A stretch of DNA of 64,000 bases, from contig DMYW01000053.1 in assembly GCA_003482455.1 (NCBI GenBank), forward strand, positions 7,448-71,447, in the 5' to 3' direction. Positions within the stretch are counted from its first letter, which is position 1. Each line of letters begins with the position of its first letter. The notes below the pieces were generated by a model. That model searched no databases, was not told where the DNA came from, and saw only the letters and a list, made by a program, of their open reading frames with translations. Below are positions 10,713 through 21,656 of the stretch, in pieces. The stretch is from Rheinheimera sp. (GTDB lineage: Bacteria; Pseudomonadota; Gammaproteobacteria; Enterobacterales; Alteromonadaceae). The position numbers and the translations under genes are program-made.

Positions 10713-11066
10713 TTAGCGAGCTGACTGTAAGCGCGAGTCGTTTTCACAGGGTTGGCCGTCATGATCGCCATCCATCTCGGTGTTTGGACAATGCACTACA
10801 AAATACCGTGCTTCCGCTAACGATCTCATTTCAGAACAATATCTGCGGCCGTCGCATTCAAAAACGGCGGATGGCGATGCGGGTTCGGCTGCGCCAACCT
10901 CTGGCCATGGCGTTTCTGAAAACACCGCGCTATTCACATTGCTCGACAACGACTCGGTAGTTTCAGTCGCCGGTTCAGGCGGATCCTCAGCGGCAGATTT
11001 TGAATGTTCGACGGCAAAAGCCCCAACGCAGATCAATAACAGCAGAAAAAACGTTTGATTAGACAT
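10713..11066 (-). CDS. Excalibur calcium-binding domain protein
   Basis: C-terminal FECDGRRYCSEMRS..EARYF..CP...MDGDHDGQPCE; N-terminal hydrophobic anchor. Confidence 0.85.
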   Translation of the reverse strand: MSNQTFFLLLLICVGAFAVEHSKSAAEDPPEPATETTESLSSNVNSAVFSETPWPEVGAAEPASPSAVFECDGRRYCSEMRSLAEARYFVVHCPNTEMDGDHDGQPCENDSRLQSAR

Positions 11067-11155
11067 GTTTAATTTACACGAATACAACAATTGGTCTGAG
11101 TTTAATCAAACTGTAACTAATTGTGCAATCGAAAAGTCTAATAAATGACGTGCTG

Positions 11156-12610
11156 TTATTTGCTCGGTAGTGCCAGCACAAATTCAGTACCTTGATCATC
11201 CGACTGCACAGCCACCAAACCCTGATGCAGCTGTGCAGTTGATTTTACGATAGCCAAGCCTAGGCCTGCGCCATCGCTATGCCGTTGGCGCGCTGGATCG
11301 GCGCGGAAAAACCGGTCGAATATGCGACTTTGCAAATGTGCGGGAATCAGGGCGCCTTGGTTTCTGACACTGAGCCAGAGCATCGGATGCGCGGGAGTAT
11401 GCATGAACCAACTGGGCGCTTGCTCGCTGATGCTCAGTTCAACGACGGTGCCGGGTTCAGCATGGCGGATGGCATTTGACAACAAATTTGACAGAGCGCG
11501 CCGCAGCATATCACGGTCGCCATTCACCACACATGGCGTCGCTGCAGACACAGTCAGCGCCAGCTGGACTGGTTTTTCATCAGCCAACAGCTCGAAGAAC
11601 TCCAGCAATTGTTCCGCTTGTTGGCGCACATCCACTTGCGTTCGTTGCAACGTCATCAAGCCGTGATCTGATTTAGCCAGCCATAACATATCGCTGACCA
11701 TCCGGTTTAACCGCTCTTGCTCTTCTAAGTTGGAGTACAGCAACTCGCGATATTCCGCAGCACTGCGCTCTTTGCCAAGCGCCACTTGCGTTTGAGTGAT
11801 CAAATTCGACAGTGGCGTGCGCAGTTCATGGGCGATATCCGCAGAAAAATGGCTCAGCTGGGCGAAGCTTTGTTCGAGCCGTTCAATCATCTGATTGACG
11901 CTTTTCACCAAGGACGACAATTCTGCCGGCACCAGCTGTTCATCGAGGCGAGTTTCCAGCGCTTGCGCACTGATGCTTTCCAGTTGCTGGCTAAGTTCTG
12001 CTAAAGGTTTTAAACCTTGACGCACACCCAACCAGGCGGCGAGCAAAATCAGTGCGACGGCCAAACACACACTAAGCCACAAGGTCCACGACAGGAGATG
12101 CAAATAATGCAGGTGAAAATCCATCGCCATCGCGACGACGATCTGATGGCCATGGTCGCCGGCAAACACGGCACCGCGAAAGCTGCGACCTTGTTGCTGA
12201 TAACTTTGCAGGTCGATTGGGGTAATTTGCGTCAGGGCTGGGCCGAGTTTTAATAGTGGGGTGAGATCAACACCGGCGCTTTGATACAGCGGGTGCCCGT
12301 CGCTGCTGGTGATCAGATAAAACGTCTCGTGATGACCGGTCAACACCTGTTGCAAGGATGCTTGCGGCAGCTGACCATGCTGATGCGCCGGCGCTGTATG
12401 AGTTTCATCGACTGCATGCAATAAACCGGCTTGTTGTTGCAATAACAAATTCAGTGACACCGCAATGGCTTGCAGTTCGCCGGCATCTTGTTCGGCAAAG
12501 TGTTGTTCAATCGAACGCTGTAATGAAAACGCCAATAACGCCGCGCAGAGCAACACTGCGGCCGCCACAAACAGCAACACGCGCTGGGCAAGGGAGTTGG
12601 GTTTACGCAT
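11156..12610 (-). CDS. cusS: Heavy-metal sensor histidine kinase (CusS/CzcS family)
   Basis: [40 protein letters not shown]; start overlaps the regulator stop. Confidence 0.9.
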   Translation of the reverse strand: MRKPNSLAQRVLLFVAAAVLLCAALLAFSLQRSIEQHFAEQDAGELQAIAVSLNLLLQQQAGLLHAVDETHTAPAHQHGQLPQASLQQVLTGHHETFYLITSSDGHPLYQSAGVDLTPLLKLGPALTQITPIDLQSYQQQGRSFRGAVFAGDHGHQIVVAMAMDFHLHYLHLLSWTLWLSVCLAVALILLAAWLGVRQGLKPLAELSQQLESISAQALETRLDEQLVPAELSSLVKSVNQMIERLEQSFAQLSHFSADIAHELRTPLSNLITQTQVALGKERSAAEYRELLYSNLEEQERLNRMVSDMLWLAKSDHGLMTLQRTQVDVRQQAEQLLEFFELLADEKPVQLALTVSAATPCVVNGDRDMLRRALSNLLSNAIRHAEPGTVVELSISEQAPSWFMHTPAHPMLWLSVRNQGALIPAHLQSRIFDRFFRADPARQRHSDGAGLGLAIVKSTAQLHQGLVAVQSDDQGTEFVLALPSK

Positions 12611-13283
12611 CGGGCAGGTCCAAGGTGTAGCCCATGCCACGCACTGTGTGGATCAGCTTCACGGCAAAGCCGTCATCGACTTTGGCGCGCAGCCGTTTCA
12701 CGGCGACATCAATGACATTGGTGTCTGAATCAAAATTCATATCCCAAATCTGGCTGGCGATCAGGCTGCGTGGCAGGACTTCTCCTTGGCGGCGCAGCAG
12801 CAACTCCAGCAAGGCGAATTCTTTTTGCGTCAGCGTGATTTTTTCCCCGCCGCGATTGACGCGACGTTTCAGCAGATCCATTTGTAAATCAGCGATTTGT
12901 AAAATTTCGACTGCGGGTGCGCTTTGGCCGCGTCGCAATAAAGTACGGACACGCGCTAACAGTTCGGTGAAAGCAAAGGGTTTGATCAGATAATCATCGG
13001 CACCGCTTTCTAAGCCACGGACGCGGTCGTCGACACCATCTTTGGCACTCAGCAGCAAAATTGGTGTCAGCTGGCCATGCTGGCGCAGACTTTTGACCAT
13101 GGTCAGGCCATCGAGGTCTGGCAACATCACGTCGAGGATCAACAAGTCAAAGTGTTCGGTCAGTGCCAAGTGATAGCCATCCAAGCCATTGCGTGCCAGC
13201 ACAGGGTTAAAGCCGGCTTCACGAAAGCCTTGTTGCAAATAGTCGCCTGTTTTGACTTCGTCTTCGACGATCAACAACCGCAT
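12603..13283 (-). CDS. cusR: Heavy-metal response regulator (CusR/CzcR family)
   Basis: [45 protein letters not shown]. Confidence 0.93.
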   Translation of the reverse strand: MRLLIVEDEVKTGDYLQQGFREAGFNPVLARNGLDGYHLALTEHFDLLILDVMLPDLDGLTMVKSLRQHGQLTPILLLSAKDGVDDRVRGLESGADDYLIKPFAFTELLARVRTLLRRGQSAPAVEILQIADLQMDLLKRRVNRGGEKITLTQKEFALLELLLRRQGEVLPRSLIASQIWDMNFDSDTNVIDVAVKRLRAKVDDGFAVKLIHTVRGMGYTLDLPDA

Positions 13284-13380
13284 GCGTTGTCCTCAGAGTT
13301 CACGCCGGTGACGCTAGGTCGTCACTGCTTGTAGGATTCTAGCGAGCCATAACGTACAGGCAAAGCATAACCAGTAATTC

Positions 13381-13394
13381 TGACAAAATTGTCA
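13381..13394. promoter_or_regulatory. CusR/CopR-type operator box
   Basis: Inverted repeat TGACAA-AA-TTGTCA between the divergent regulator and efflux operon; matches the CusR-box core. Confidence 0.85.
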
Positions 13395-13470
13395 TCTAGC
13401 GGTCAGCTGGCTGTTGGACGTACCGCAACATACTGAGCAACATGGTAAAACTCTTCTTGATGGGTAGAAG

Positions 13471-14055
13471 ATGCAACGTTGTTTTGTTCAGACCTGCCTG
13501 CTGGCATTGAGCATCGGCTGGGTCAGTTTGGTCGCTTCGCCAGCGGTACTGGCACACGGCGGTGAAGATCATGCGGAGAAACCAGCCGTCGCTGCGGCGG
13601 GTTGGTTGCCGCGTGCTGACGCCGCCTCCGAGGCATTTGAATTAGTTCTGGTGGCTGATGGCGAACACGGCTGGCTCTATCTTTCAGACTTCAGCAGCAA
13701 TTCACCGATCTCTGACGCGACAATCACTTTGGATATTCAGCCGAGCCATCCAACAACCGTCAGTCAGCCACAACTTGGGTTAACGGCCACACCCAACACA
13801 AACGCCGGAAGTTATCGGCTGGATTGGCAAGCACTTGCTGAAGGCGAGTATGCCGTAACCGCGACCATAGTCACTGCCGACAACGCCGATGTGCTGACCA
13901 TGCCGCTGGCCATTCGTGCTGCGGAACCATTTGCACATGTCCATAGCTTCGCTGAGTTCAAAACCGCATTTATTTGGGCTGGTGGTTTATTGCTGGTTGG
14001 TGTTGCGGCCTGGCTGGGTTGGCGTCGGCAGCAACGTGGAGGTGCTCATGCGTAA
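13471..14055 (+). CDS. Periplasmic membrane-anchored accessory protein of the metal efflux operon
   Basis: Signal peptide then HGGEDH; FELV; C-terminal TM helix; overlaps next gene. Confidence 0.8.
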   Translation: MQRCFVQTCLLALSIGWVSLVASPAVLAHGGEDHAEKPAVAAAGWLPRADAASEAFELVLVADGEHGWLYLSDFSSNSPISDATITLDIQPSHPTTVSQPQLGLTATPNTNAGSYRLDWQALAEGEYAVTATIVTADNADVLTMPLAIRAAEPFAHVHSFAEFKTAFIWAGGLLLVGVAAWLGWRRQQRGGAHA

Positions 14056-15226
14056 CCTTCGCTATGCGGTTGTTTTGATGGGATTTAGCTCGCTGGCGTT
14101 GCTACCAGCGCTTGGCTTGGCGCACGGTGGTGAAGATCACAGTGCACCGCAGACTGTGTTGGTGCAAGGTGATGCCCCGCAACGCCTCGCCGATGGTCAG
14201 GTGCGGTTGGCTAAAAGCAGTCAGCTGGCGCTGCAGATTTTGACTCAACCAACGCGTGCTCAATCCGCACGTAACGCCATAGAATTGGCGGCGACTGTGC
14301 TGCAAAACCCGGACTACCCAGGGCAACTGGCGGCGCTGCAAGATGGCATAGTGCAGGCAGGCCCTGACGGGCTTCCCAAAGCCGGCATGCCGGTCAAAGC
14401 AGGGCAAATTTTAGGTTATTTGCAGCCGACCGATACGCTGCTGGATCGCAACAATCAACAAGCGCAAGCCGCCGCCGTCGCCGCCGAACTGGCGGTGTTG
14501 GAAGATACCATCAAGCGGTTAGCGCCGCTGGCGGACTACAACAGCCGCAATCAATTGGAACAAGCCAAGCTCAAACGCCGCGGCCTGATCAAGCAGCGCC
14601 AGTTACTCGAACAAAGTGTGCAACAAGCGCTGCCTCTGCTTGCACCGGCGACGGGTGTGGTCAGTGATGTGCTGGTGCGTGTTGGCCAGCGCGTCAGTGC
14701 CGGTCAGCTGTTGGTGCAGCTGGTTGATCCAACCCAGTTGTGGCTGGACGTCAGCTGGTTTGCCGACGCGGCGCCTGTTGATCCGCAAGCTTATGTCGGT
14801 CAGTTTTCACAAGGTTTGCCGTTGGTGGCGATGGGCCAGCAGCGCGAACATCAGCGCTTGCCCTTGTATTTTGCGCTGCCGGCTGCTGCCGCAGATCAGC
14901 CGACACTGCGACTTGGCAGTTTGCTCAATGTCACTGTGCAATACGGCGACTACAAAACCGGTTTAGTGGTGCCGCGCAGCGCTTTAGTGCGCACGGTCGA
15001 TAACAAGTGGCAGGTATGGGTCAAAACGGCGGCCGAGACGTTCCAAGCCATCGATGTCAGTTTTACGCCATTGGATGCTACCCATGTGTTGGTGGCGCTA
15101 CCTGCACCGCATCACCATGCCGAAGGCACGCCTGCGGATCATCAGCATCAGCCAGAAACGCTCGTGCTGGATGCGGGCATGCGCTTGGTGGTGCAAGGCG
15201 CCGCGCTGTTAAGTCAGGTGCGCTAA
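14048..15226 (+). CDS. RND efflux periplasmic adaptor (CzcB/CusB-like)
   Basis: Signal peptide + HGGEDH; lipoyl-like GMPVKAGQILG and APATGVVSDV..GQRVSAGQ; coiled hairpin; GGAGG RBS before 14048. Confidence 0.88.
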   Translation: MRNLRYAVVLMGFSSLALLPALGLAHGGEDHSAPQTVLVQGDAPQRLADGQVRLAKSSQLALQILTQPTRAQSARNAIELAATVLQNPDYPGQLAALQDGIVQAGPDGLPKAGMPVKAGQILGYLQPTDTLLDRNNQQAQAAAVAAELAVLEDTIKRLAPLADYNSRNQLEQAKLKRRGLIKQRQLLEQSVQQALPLLAPATGVVSDVLVRVGQRVSAGQLLVQLVDPTQLWLDVSWFADAAPVDPQAYVGQFSQGLPLVAMGQQREHQRLPLYFALPAAAADQPTLRLGSLLNVTVQYGDYKTGLVVPRSALVRTVDNKWQVWVKTAAETFQAIDVSFTPLDATHVLVALPAPHHHAEGTPADHQHQPETLVLDAGMRLVVQGAALLSQVR

Positions 15227-18200
15227 ATGTTTGACGCCATTATTCGATTTAGTCTCAAACAACGGGCGCTAGTCCTAGCGGGGGCTTTGTTGCTGATTGC
15301 CGCCGGCTGGTGGCAATTGCGCCAGCTGCCGGTGGATGTGCTGCCGGATTTAAACAAACCAACGGTGACAGTGCTGACGGAAGCGGGCGGTTTGGCGCCG
15401 GAAGAAGTCGAACAATTGGTGACTATGCCCTTGGAGCAGCAGCTCAATGGCATTCCGGGTGTGTCGCGCGTGCGCTCGGTGTCGGGGATTGGCTTGTCGA
15501 TGTTGTATGTCGAATTTGATTGGGGTACTGACATCTATCGCAATCGGCAATTGGTCAACGAACGCTTGTTGCAAGCGCGGGAACTATTGCCTGCCGCGGT
15601 CACGCCACAACTAGGCCCAATCTCGTCGATTATGGGCGAAATTGTGTTGTTGGCGTTTCCAGTCGCCGATGGCGCCGCGCCGATGGCGGTGCGTGACTAT
15701 GTCGATTACGTAGTGCGGCCGCGTTTGCTCAGCATCAGTGGAGTGGCACAGGTGATCCCAATCGGCGGAGAAGTGAAACAATACCGCGTGATGCCAGATC
15801 CGCAGCGGATGCAGCTGCTAGGCGTCAGTTTGGCAGAATTGACCGGCGCACTGTCGCAGTTTGGCCAAAACAAAAGTGGCGGTTTTGTTGAAGCGCAAGG
15901 GCAAGAGTGGCTGGTCCGTGGCCTTGGCCGCAGCTTGGCGCTGGCTGATCTCAAACAGCTAGTGGTTAAACTCGACAGTCATGGCCAAAGTGTATTGCTG
16001 CAAATGGTCGCCGATGTGCAAATTCTGCCTGCGGTGAAACGCGGCGATGCCAGTTATCAGGGCAAGCCGGCGGTGATTGTCTCGGTGCAAAAACAACCGG
16101 ACGGCGACAGTATTCGTTTAACCCAACAGGTGGAACAAGCGGTGGCTGAGCTTGCGCAAACTTTGCCGCAGGACGTTGAAAAACCAGCCTTTTTGTTTCG
16201 GCAGGCCGATTTTATCAGCCAGTCGATCGACAATGTTGAGCAGGCGCTGCGCGATGGCGCCATCTTAGTGGCGATTGTGTTGTTGCTGTTTTTGGCCAAT
16301 GGCCGCACCACGCTGATTTCGTTAACCGCCATCCCGTTGTCGTTATTGGCCACTTTGTTGTTGTTTCGCTATTTCGGCTTGTCGGTGAACACCATGACGC
16401 TGGGCGGATTGGCGATCGCGCTGGGTGAATTAGTCGATGATGCGGTGGTGGATGTGGAAAACGTGTTGCGCCGCCTCAAAGAAAACAGCCAGCGAGCGAC
16501 GCCTTTGCCCGTGCTGCAAGTGATCGCGAGTGCCAGCAGTGAAGTACGCAGCGGTGTGGTATACGCCACCTTGATTGTGGTGCTGGTGTTTGTGCCTCTG
16601 TTTGCGCTGGGTGGCATTGAAGGGCGGTTATTTACCCCGCTGGGCATTGCGTACGTGGTATCTATTTCCGCGTCTTTGTTGGTCGCGCTGATGGTGACGC
16701 CTGTGCTTTGTTATTACCTGTTGCCATCGCTGGCGGCCAAACAGCATCAGGATAGCTGGTTAGTCCAACGCTTAAAGGCCATCACGGAACGGCTGCTGCA
16801 GTGGGCATTGCCCAAGCGCCGGCCGATTTTTGCGGCAGCGTTGGTGCTGACCATCGCCAGTGGCGCATTGTTGTCGCACATTCCGCGCAGCTTCTTACCG
16901 CCGTTTAATGAAGGCACCTTGACCGTCAATTTGCTGTTGCAACCCGGGACGTCGCTGAGCACTTCCAATCAAGTGGGCACCTTGGCTGAACAACTGCTGC
17001 TGACAGTGCCAGAAGTCACCCAAGTTGGCCGGCGCACTGGTCGCGCCGAACTAGACGAGCATGCCGAAGGTGTGCATTACACCGAGTTGGATGTCGATTT
17101 ACAGGTGCTGGCACGTCCGCGTGCCGAAGTGCTGGCGGAGATCCGGCAGCGCCTCGCCAGCTTGCCGGCGCAAGTCAGCGTTGGTCAGCCGATCTCACAC
17201 CGCCTTGACCATCTGCTGAGCGGGGTACGCGCGCAACTGGCGCTGAAAATCGTCGGGGATGATTTAACGACCCTGCGCGGACTTGGCCAGTCGCTGCGTC
17301 AGCAGTTAGCGCAGGTGGATGGCGTGGTGGACTTAGCCATCGAAAAGCAAGTGTTGATCCCGCAGCAGCACATTCGAATTGATTACCAAAAAGCGGCGTT
17401 GTACGGCATTCAGCCGGCAGCCTTGCTGGAGCAACTGCAGCAATACAGTGATGGGCAACTGGTCAGTCAGCTGATCGATGGCAATCGGCGCTTTGACGTG
17501 GTGCTGAAGTTACCGGAAGCAGCGCGCACCCCAGCGGCCTTGGCGCAGCTGCTGATTGACACGCCACGCGGTACCGTACCGCTGTCGCAACTGGCAGAGC
17601 TGAATGACGGCGTCGGGCCAAATCAGATCAATCGTGAAAACAATCGCCGGCGCTTGGTGGTCTCGGCCAACGTCGCCGGCCGACCGCTGGCCAGCGTGGT
17701 CACAGACATCCGCGCTATCATCGCCAAACAAGCATTACCGCAAGGTTATTTTATTGAACTGGACGGCCAATTTCGCGCCCAAGAACAAGCGCAGCTGCTC
17801 ATGAGTGGTTTGGCGCTATTGTCTCTCGCGCTGATTTTTGGCGTGTTATACAGCCGTTATCAGTCGGTACGGCTGACGCTGGTGATTATGGCCAGCATCC
17901 CGTTGGCGCTTTGCGGCGCGGCACTGGCGCTGTTTTTAAGCGGTCAGCCGTTGTCGGTCGCTGCGCTGGTGGGCTTTATCACGTTGACCGGCATCGCTAC
18001 GCGCAATGGCATTTTGAAAGTCAGTCATTATCTCAATTTAGCCGCACACGAGGGCATGGCCTTTGGGCCGGCCCTGATCATTCGCGGCAGTTTAGAGCGC
18101 TTAACGCCGGTGCTGATGACGGCGCTGGTCGCTGCATTTGCATTGGTGCCTTTGTTATTGTCGGCAGATGCGCCCGGCAAAGAAATGTTGTATCCGGTGG

Positions 18201-18334
18201 CGGTGGTGATTTTTGGTGGTCTGTTTAGTGCCACAGTGCTGGATACGTTAATCACCCCGTTGTTATTTGCCCACGTGGGCGCAGAACCTTTGGCAAGATT
18301 GTTAGCTCGCCGGCAATCGGCCGAAGTTTATTAA
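15227..18334 (+). CDS. Heavy-metal efflux RND permease (CusA/CzcA family)
   Basis: 1035 aa; [54 protein letters not shown]. Confidence 0.95.
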   Translation: MFDAIIRFSLKQRALVLAGALLLIAAGWWQLRQLPVDVLPDLNKPTVTVLTEAGGLAPEEVEQLVTMPLEQQLNGIPGVSRVRSVSGIGLSMLYVEFDWGTDIYRNRQLVNERLLQARELLPAAVTPQLGPISSIMGEIVLLAFPVADGAAPMAVRDYVDYVVRPRLLSISGVAQVIPIGGEVKQYRVMPDPQRMQLLGVSLAELTGALSQFGQNKSGGFVEAQGQEWLVRGLGRSLALADLKQLVVKLDSHGQSVLLQMVADVQILPAVKRGDASYQGKPAVIVSVQKQPDGDSIRLTQQVEQAVAELAQTLPQDVEKPAFLFRQADFISQSIDNVEQALRDGAILVAIVLLLFLANGRTTLISLTAIPLSLLATLLLFRYFGLSVNTMTLGGLAIALGELVDDAVVDVENVLRRLKENSQRATPLPVLQVIASASSEVRSGVVYATLIVVLVFVPLFALGGIEGRLFTPLGIAYVVSISASLLVALMVTPVLCYYLLPSLAAKQHQDSWLVQRLKAITERLLQWALPKRRPIFAAALVLTIASGALLSHIPRSFLPPFNEGTLTVNLLLQPGTSLSTSNQVGTLAEQLLLTVPEVTQVGRRTGRAELDEHAEGVHYTELDVDLQVLARPRAEVLAEIRQRLASLPAQVSVGQPISHRLDHLLSGVRAQLALKIVGDDLTTLRGLGQSLRQQLAQVDGVVDLAIEKQVLIPQQHIRIDYQKAALYGIQPAALLEQLQQYSDGQLVSQLIDGNRRFDVVLKLPEAARTPAALAQLLIDTPRGTVPLSQLAELNDGVGPNQINRENNRRRLVVSANVAGRPLASVVTDIRAIIAKQALPQGYFIELDGQFRAQEQAQLLMSGLALLSLALIFGVLYSRYQSVRLTLVIMASIPLALCGAALALFLSGQPLSVAALVGFITLTGIATRNGILKVSHYLNLAAHEGMAFGPALIIRGSLERLTPVLMTALVAAFALVPLLLSADAPGKEMLYPVAVVIFGGLFSATVLDTLITPLLFAHVGAEPLARLLARRQSAEVY

Positions 18335-18344
18335 GGAGTGAGAG

Positions 18345-18845
18345 ATGAACCCTTCGATCCAAACTTTTTGCAAACGCCTGAGTATGTCGTTGCTACTGTG
18401 CAGTGCGGTCTTGGCGACGCCTGTGTTCGCGCACAGTGATGAGTATTTAGATACGGTACCGGGCAAACATGGCGGTCAGTTGCGGATGGCTGGGCCTTGG
18501 CATTTTGAATTAGTGCTGGATAAACAAGCGGATGGCAGCAAGGCCATGCCGGTGACCGTGTATCTAACCGATCATGGCGACCAGCCGATCGCCACTCAAG
18601 GTGCCGTCAGCAAAGTGACCATCATCAGTCAAAACAAACCCGTGCAAGTGACGTTGACGGCGAAAGCCCCCAACCTGCTGGTGGGCGAAGCTGTGTATAA
18701 AGCCGAACCTGAACTGAAAGCCGTGGTGCAGTTGACGCTCAATGGTGAGTCGCAAAATGCGCGTTTTACGCCGCTAAAACCAGTGCCGGCAAAAGCCGAA
18801 ACGCATCAGCATGCTGACGCCAAAGGCGAGCATCATCACCACTGA
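18345..18845 (+). CDS. Periplasmic His-rich putative metal-binding protein
   Basis: Signal peptide then HSDE; GKHGGQLRMAGPWHFELV; C-terminal HQH..HHHH. Confidence 0.8.
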   Translation: MNPSIQTFCKRLSMSLLLCSAVLATPVFAHSDEYLDTVPGKHGGQLRMAGPWHFELVLDKQADGSKAMPVTVYLTDHGDQPIATQGAVSKVTIISQNKPVQVTLTAKAPNLLVGEAVYKAEPELKAVVQLTLNGESQNARFTPLKPVPAKAETHQHADAKGEHHHH

Positions 18846-18853
18846 TAAAAACC

Positions 18854-18881
18854 TGGGGCCGTTTAACCGGCCCCATGTTTT
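18854..18881 (+). terminator. Intrinsic terminator between convergent operons
   Basis: TGGGGCCG-TTTAAC-CGGCCCCA then TGTTTT. Confidence 0.8.
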
Positions 18882-18893
18882 GCGTTGTCTTGT

Positions 18894-20135
18894 TTAGAAC
18901 ACAAAATCCAACGCCACACTGAACAAGCCTGCATCGTTGTGGTAACTAAAATCGTACCAACCCGGGCGATTGCCTTGATCCGTGAACTTGTTGTACTCAA
19001 CTTTTAACGCGGCGTTTGCCGCGACGTTATACCGAACACCCAAGGTCATGATTTGATGTTCTTCTGCATCACCAACGCCAAAACCTTGCCAGTTTTCGGT
19101 GAGTTTTAATTTGGCTTTTGACAAGCCGACATAAGGTTGCCAGACGTCGTGGTTATACACGGCGCTGACATAATAGGTCGGAAAACGCGAGCCGTAGCCA
19201 TCGTCATAAATCACATAGTTGTAATCAAACAACAGCGTGACATATTGAAACGTCAGGCTGCCGCCAAGGCCAAAGAAATCCAAGTCGAAATCGGTCAGTG
19301 GCCAATCACCAGAAATGATCGGCGTGCCATCGGGGTTGCTGCGTCGCTCGACAATTTGATCGGTGACGCCGTCGCCGTCTAAATCCAGCTCATCAAAAAA
19401 CATCACTTCTGCGGAGGTGTTGTAATGGGTGCGGAAATAAGACGCCCGTAGGTCGATCCAATCATTGCTAGCGGTGACATTGGTGCCGAGAATTTTGCTC
19501 CAAGTGACATCGGCGGTACCGGCGATATAAGTCCCGGCTGGCGGGAAATAATAGCCGCCGCGGTTGCGCCAAAAATCATGCGACTTAATATCCCGCTGTG
19601 TTTCGCGGCCACCAAAAACGCTGGTGCCAATGGTCCAATCGCCGGCAAAGAAGTTATGTGAATAGGTCAAACCGTTGAACTGGGTGATCTCCCACCAATA
19701 CAAATTTGCCGGTGGCCTGATCCAAGGGTAGGCGTAACCCACTTCCATGTATTCAGAAAAATAATACATGGGTAGCATGCGACGCCCGGCCATCAAGGTG
19801 CCATCTTGACCGACTTGGTAGGTCAAATAGGCCCAATCGACGTCGGGACTCCAGCCATCAGCCCCTTTCGCGACCACTTGCACTGTGGCCGATAGCTTGT
19901 CTGCGATATCTGCACGCATTTGCACTGCGATCACGGATTCTTGTTCAAAATCAATATCTTCGGTGTAAAAGGCGTAATCGTAGAAATCAACCTGAAATTC
20001 CTTTTCACCAGAAGGGTCGACTTCGCCGCTGACCACTTTACCTGCGACGATCGAGCCATATCCGCTAAAGGTGATCTCGGCGTTGGCCATGTCACACGCC
20101 AGCAGCAAACTTAAAGCTGTCACTGAGGTTTTCAT
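18894..20135 (-). CDS. Outer-membrane porin-like beta-barrel
   Basis: Signal peptide; FSGYGS, WAYLTY, SEYMEVGYAYPWIRPP; C-terminal ALDFVF. Confidence 0.85.
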   Translation of the reverse strand: MKTSVTALSLLLACDMANAEITFSGYGSIVAGKVVSGEVDPSGEKEFQVDFYDYAFYTEDIDFEQESVIAVQMRADIADKLSATVQVVAKGADGWSPDVDWAYLTYQVGQDGTLMAGRRMLPMYYFSEYMEVGYAYPWIRPPANLYWWEITQFNGLTYSHNFFAGDWTIGTSVFGGRETQRDIKSHDFWRNRGGYYFPPAGTYIAGTADVTWSKILGTNVTASNDWIDLRASYFRTHYNTSAEVMFFDELDLDGDGVTDQIVERRSNPDGTPIISGDWPLTDFDLDFFGLGGSLTFQYVTLLFDYNYVIYDDGYGSRFPTYYVSAVYNHDVWQPYVGLSKAKLKLTENWQGFGVGDAEEHQIMTLGVRYNVAANAALKVEYNKFTDQGNRPGWYDFSYHNDAGLFSVALDFVF

Positions 20136-20144
20136 ATGGACCTC

Positions 20145-20561
20145 CTAGTATTTCGCAACGACTTTGACATCAGGGGTCACAGCACTGGCGTCGACAAATC
20201 CGATCATGTTCGGATTGGTGGCAACCAGATGCAGCATATCGCTGGGGCTGACATCTTTGGGTGGCGTGCCTTTACCAGTGAACAGGACTTTCGACCAAAA
20301 TGCTTTCAGTTGGGCGTCGGTTTTACCCAGCACTTTGTTGTTGAACTCGGAACGGCTGTTATCACCTTCTGACAAACTCAGTAATACAGCGGTTTCGCCA
20401 TTGGCAAAGGCTTTTTGGCGACCTAGATAGAAATTTTTAATGTCGGCGTCTGTTACCGCAGACGTGTTGGATGGATGGACGATTACGGCTATTTCCGCGC
20501 AAAGCGGTGCTGACACTGCAAGCAGCAGGGCAGCCAAGAGATTACGAGAGCGCATGGACAT
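20145..20561 (-). CDS. Small periplasmic binding protein (PBP2-like, often labelled phosphate-binding)
   Basis: AVIVHPSN, YLGRQKAF, AFWSKVLFTGKGTPP, NPNMIGFV; GGAGG RBS before 20561. Confidence 0.88.
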   Translation of the reverse strand: MSMRSRNLLAALLLAVSAPLCAEIAVIVHPSNTSAVTDADIKNFYLGRQKAFANGETAVLLSLSEGDNSRSEFNNKVLGKTDAQLKAFWSKVLFTGKGTPPKDVSPSDMLHLVATNPNMIGFVDASAVTPDVKVVAKY

Positions 20562-20656
20562 ATCAAACCTCCGTAAGTGCAGCAAATGGCTACACCTTTG
20601 AAGGTAGAAGACAAATGGGACACGCGCTATAGCTGTGGAACCCTCCTTGGCGTTCT

Positions 20657-21547
20657 TCAACGCCAGAAGTGGTCAAAAAAGTTGCCAGCAGCTAATAACA
20701 GCGGCACGAGATGCACGAGCGCGACGTTGATCCCCAGTGCATTAATGGGTTGTTCTAGGCTGTTCAACTGTTGTGACATTTTCAGCACGAGGAATAGGCT
20801 GAAAAAGACGCTTGCTGCCGCAAGTGGTATGTGTCCGAACAAAATAGCTACTGCAATCAGCACATACACGAGTAGCCATTGCAAGGCGAATACTTTCAAT
20901 GCAATGTTTGAACCATACACAATCGCCAGATGACGACGACCAACTGCACGATCTGCTTCCACATCGGGTAGTTGATTTAGCAGTAACAAGTTATTCGCCA
21001 TCAGCATGACCACAGCTGCCAGCCACCAAGCCGCAGTTGGCACCTGACCTTGCAACGCCATGATGCTTCCTGCCCAAATCACCCCACCAAAACCCAAGCC
21101 TGGCGCGATTAAACATAACCAAGGCAATCGATTCACGGGGCCTGTGTAGAATAAAATCAATGCCAGCCCCGGCAAGCCGAACCACGCTAAACTCCAGCCC
21201 GTTTCCAAGCACAACCAAATGCCACCCAACGCGACAACCGCTGTGGTTGATAGCGCGATGCCAAGCGCCAGCGGCGCTAGGTGAGGGGATTGCGGTAAAG
21301 TGCCACTGCCGCCACTAAAAGGCGTTCGTGTGGTGGTTAAGTCCAAACCTGAGCGAAAATCTAAATACTCATTCCAAGCGTTGACCGCGATATGCGCGCA
21401 CAAGGCCAGCAGGCTAACGAGCAGCAGTTTGTCGCCTGGCAGCGGCAATTGTTGCCATTGCTGCCAACTAAAACTCAGCAACAAGGTGACCAAGGTGAAG
21501 GTCAAAAACTTCAGGCGGCTGATGCCAATAATCGCTTGCCATGGCAT
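20657..21547 (-). CDS. UbiA/MenA-like prenyltransferase
   Basis: NAWNEYLDFRSGLD, TPFSGGSG, NQLPDVEADRAVGRR; multiple TM helices. Confidence 0.9.
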   Translation of the reverse strand: MPWQAIIGISRLKFLTFTLVTLLLSFSWQQWQQLPLPGDKLLLVSLLALCAHIAVNAWNEYLDFRSGLDLTTTRTPFSGGSGTLPQSPHLAPLALGIALSTTAVVALGGIWLCLETGWSLAWFGLPGLALILFYTGPVNRLPWLCLIAPGLGFGGVIWAGSIMALQGQVPTAAWWLAAVVMLMANNLLLLNQLPDVEADRAVGRRHLAIVYGSNIALKVFALQWLLVYVLIAVAILFGHIPLAAASVFFSLFLVLKMSQQLNSLEQPINALGINVALVHLVPLLLAAGNFFDHFWR

Positions 21548-21656
21548 GGCGGTTTCTCCAACTTAATTGAAAAAAGGCTGTGATCACAACAAATTAGACT
21601 TGTCGACTTCTAACAATCAAGTCAGCATAGCGCTCGGAATGTTAAAGGATGTAACT

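Noticed and set aside
20562..20656. Riboswitch between the prenyltransferase and the binding protein
   Set aside because: No recognisable aptamer consensus
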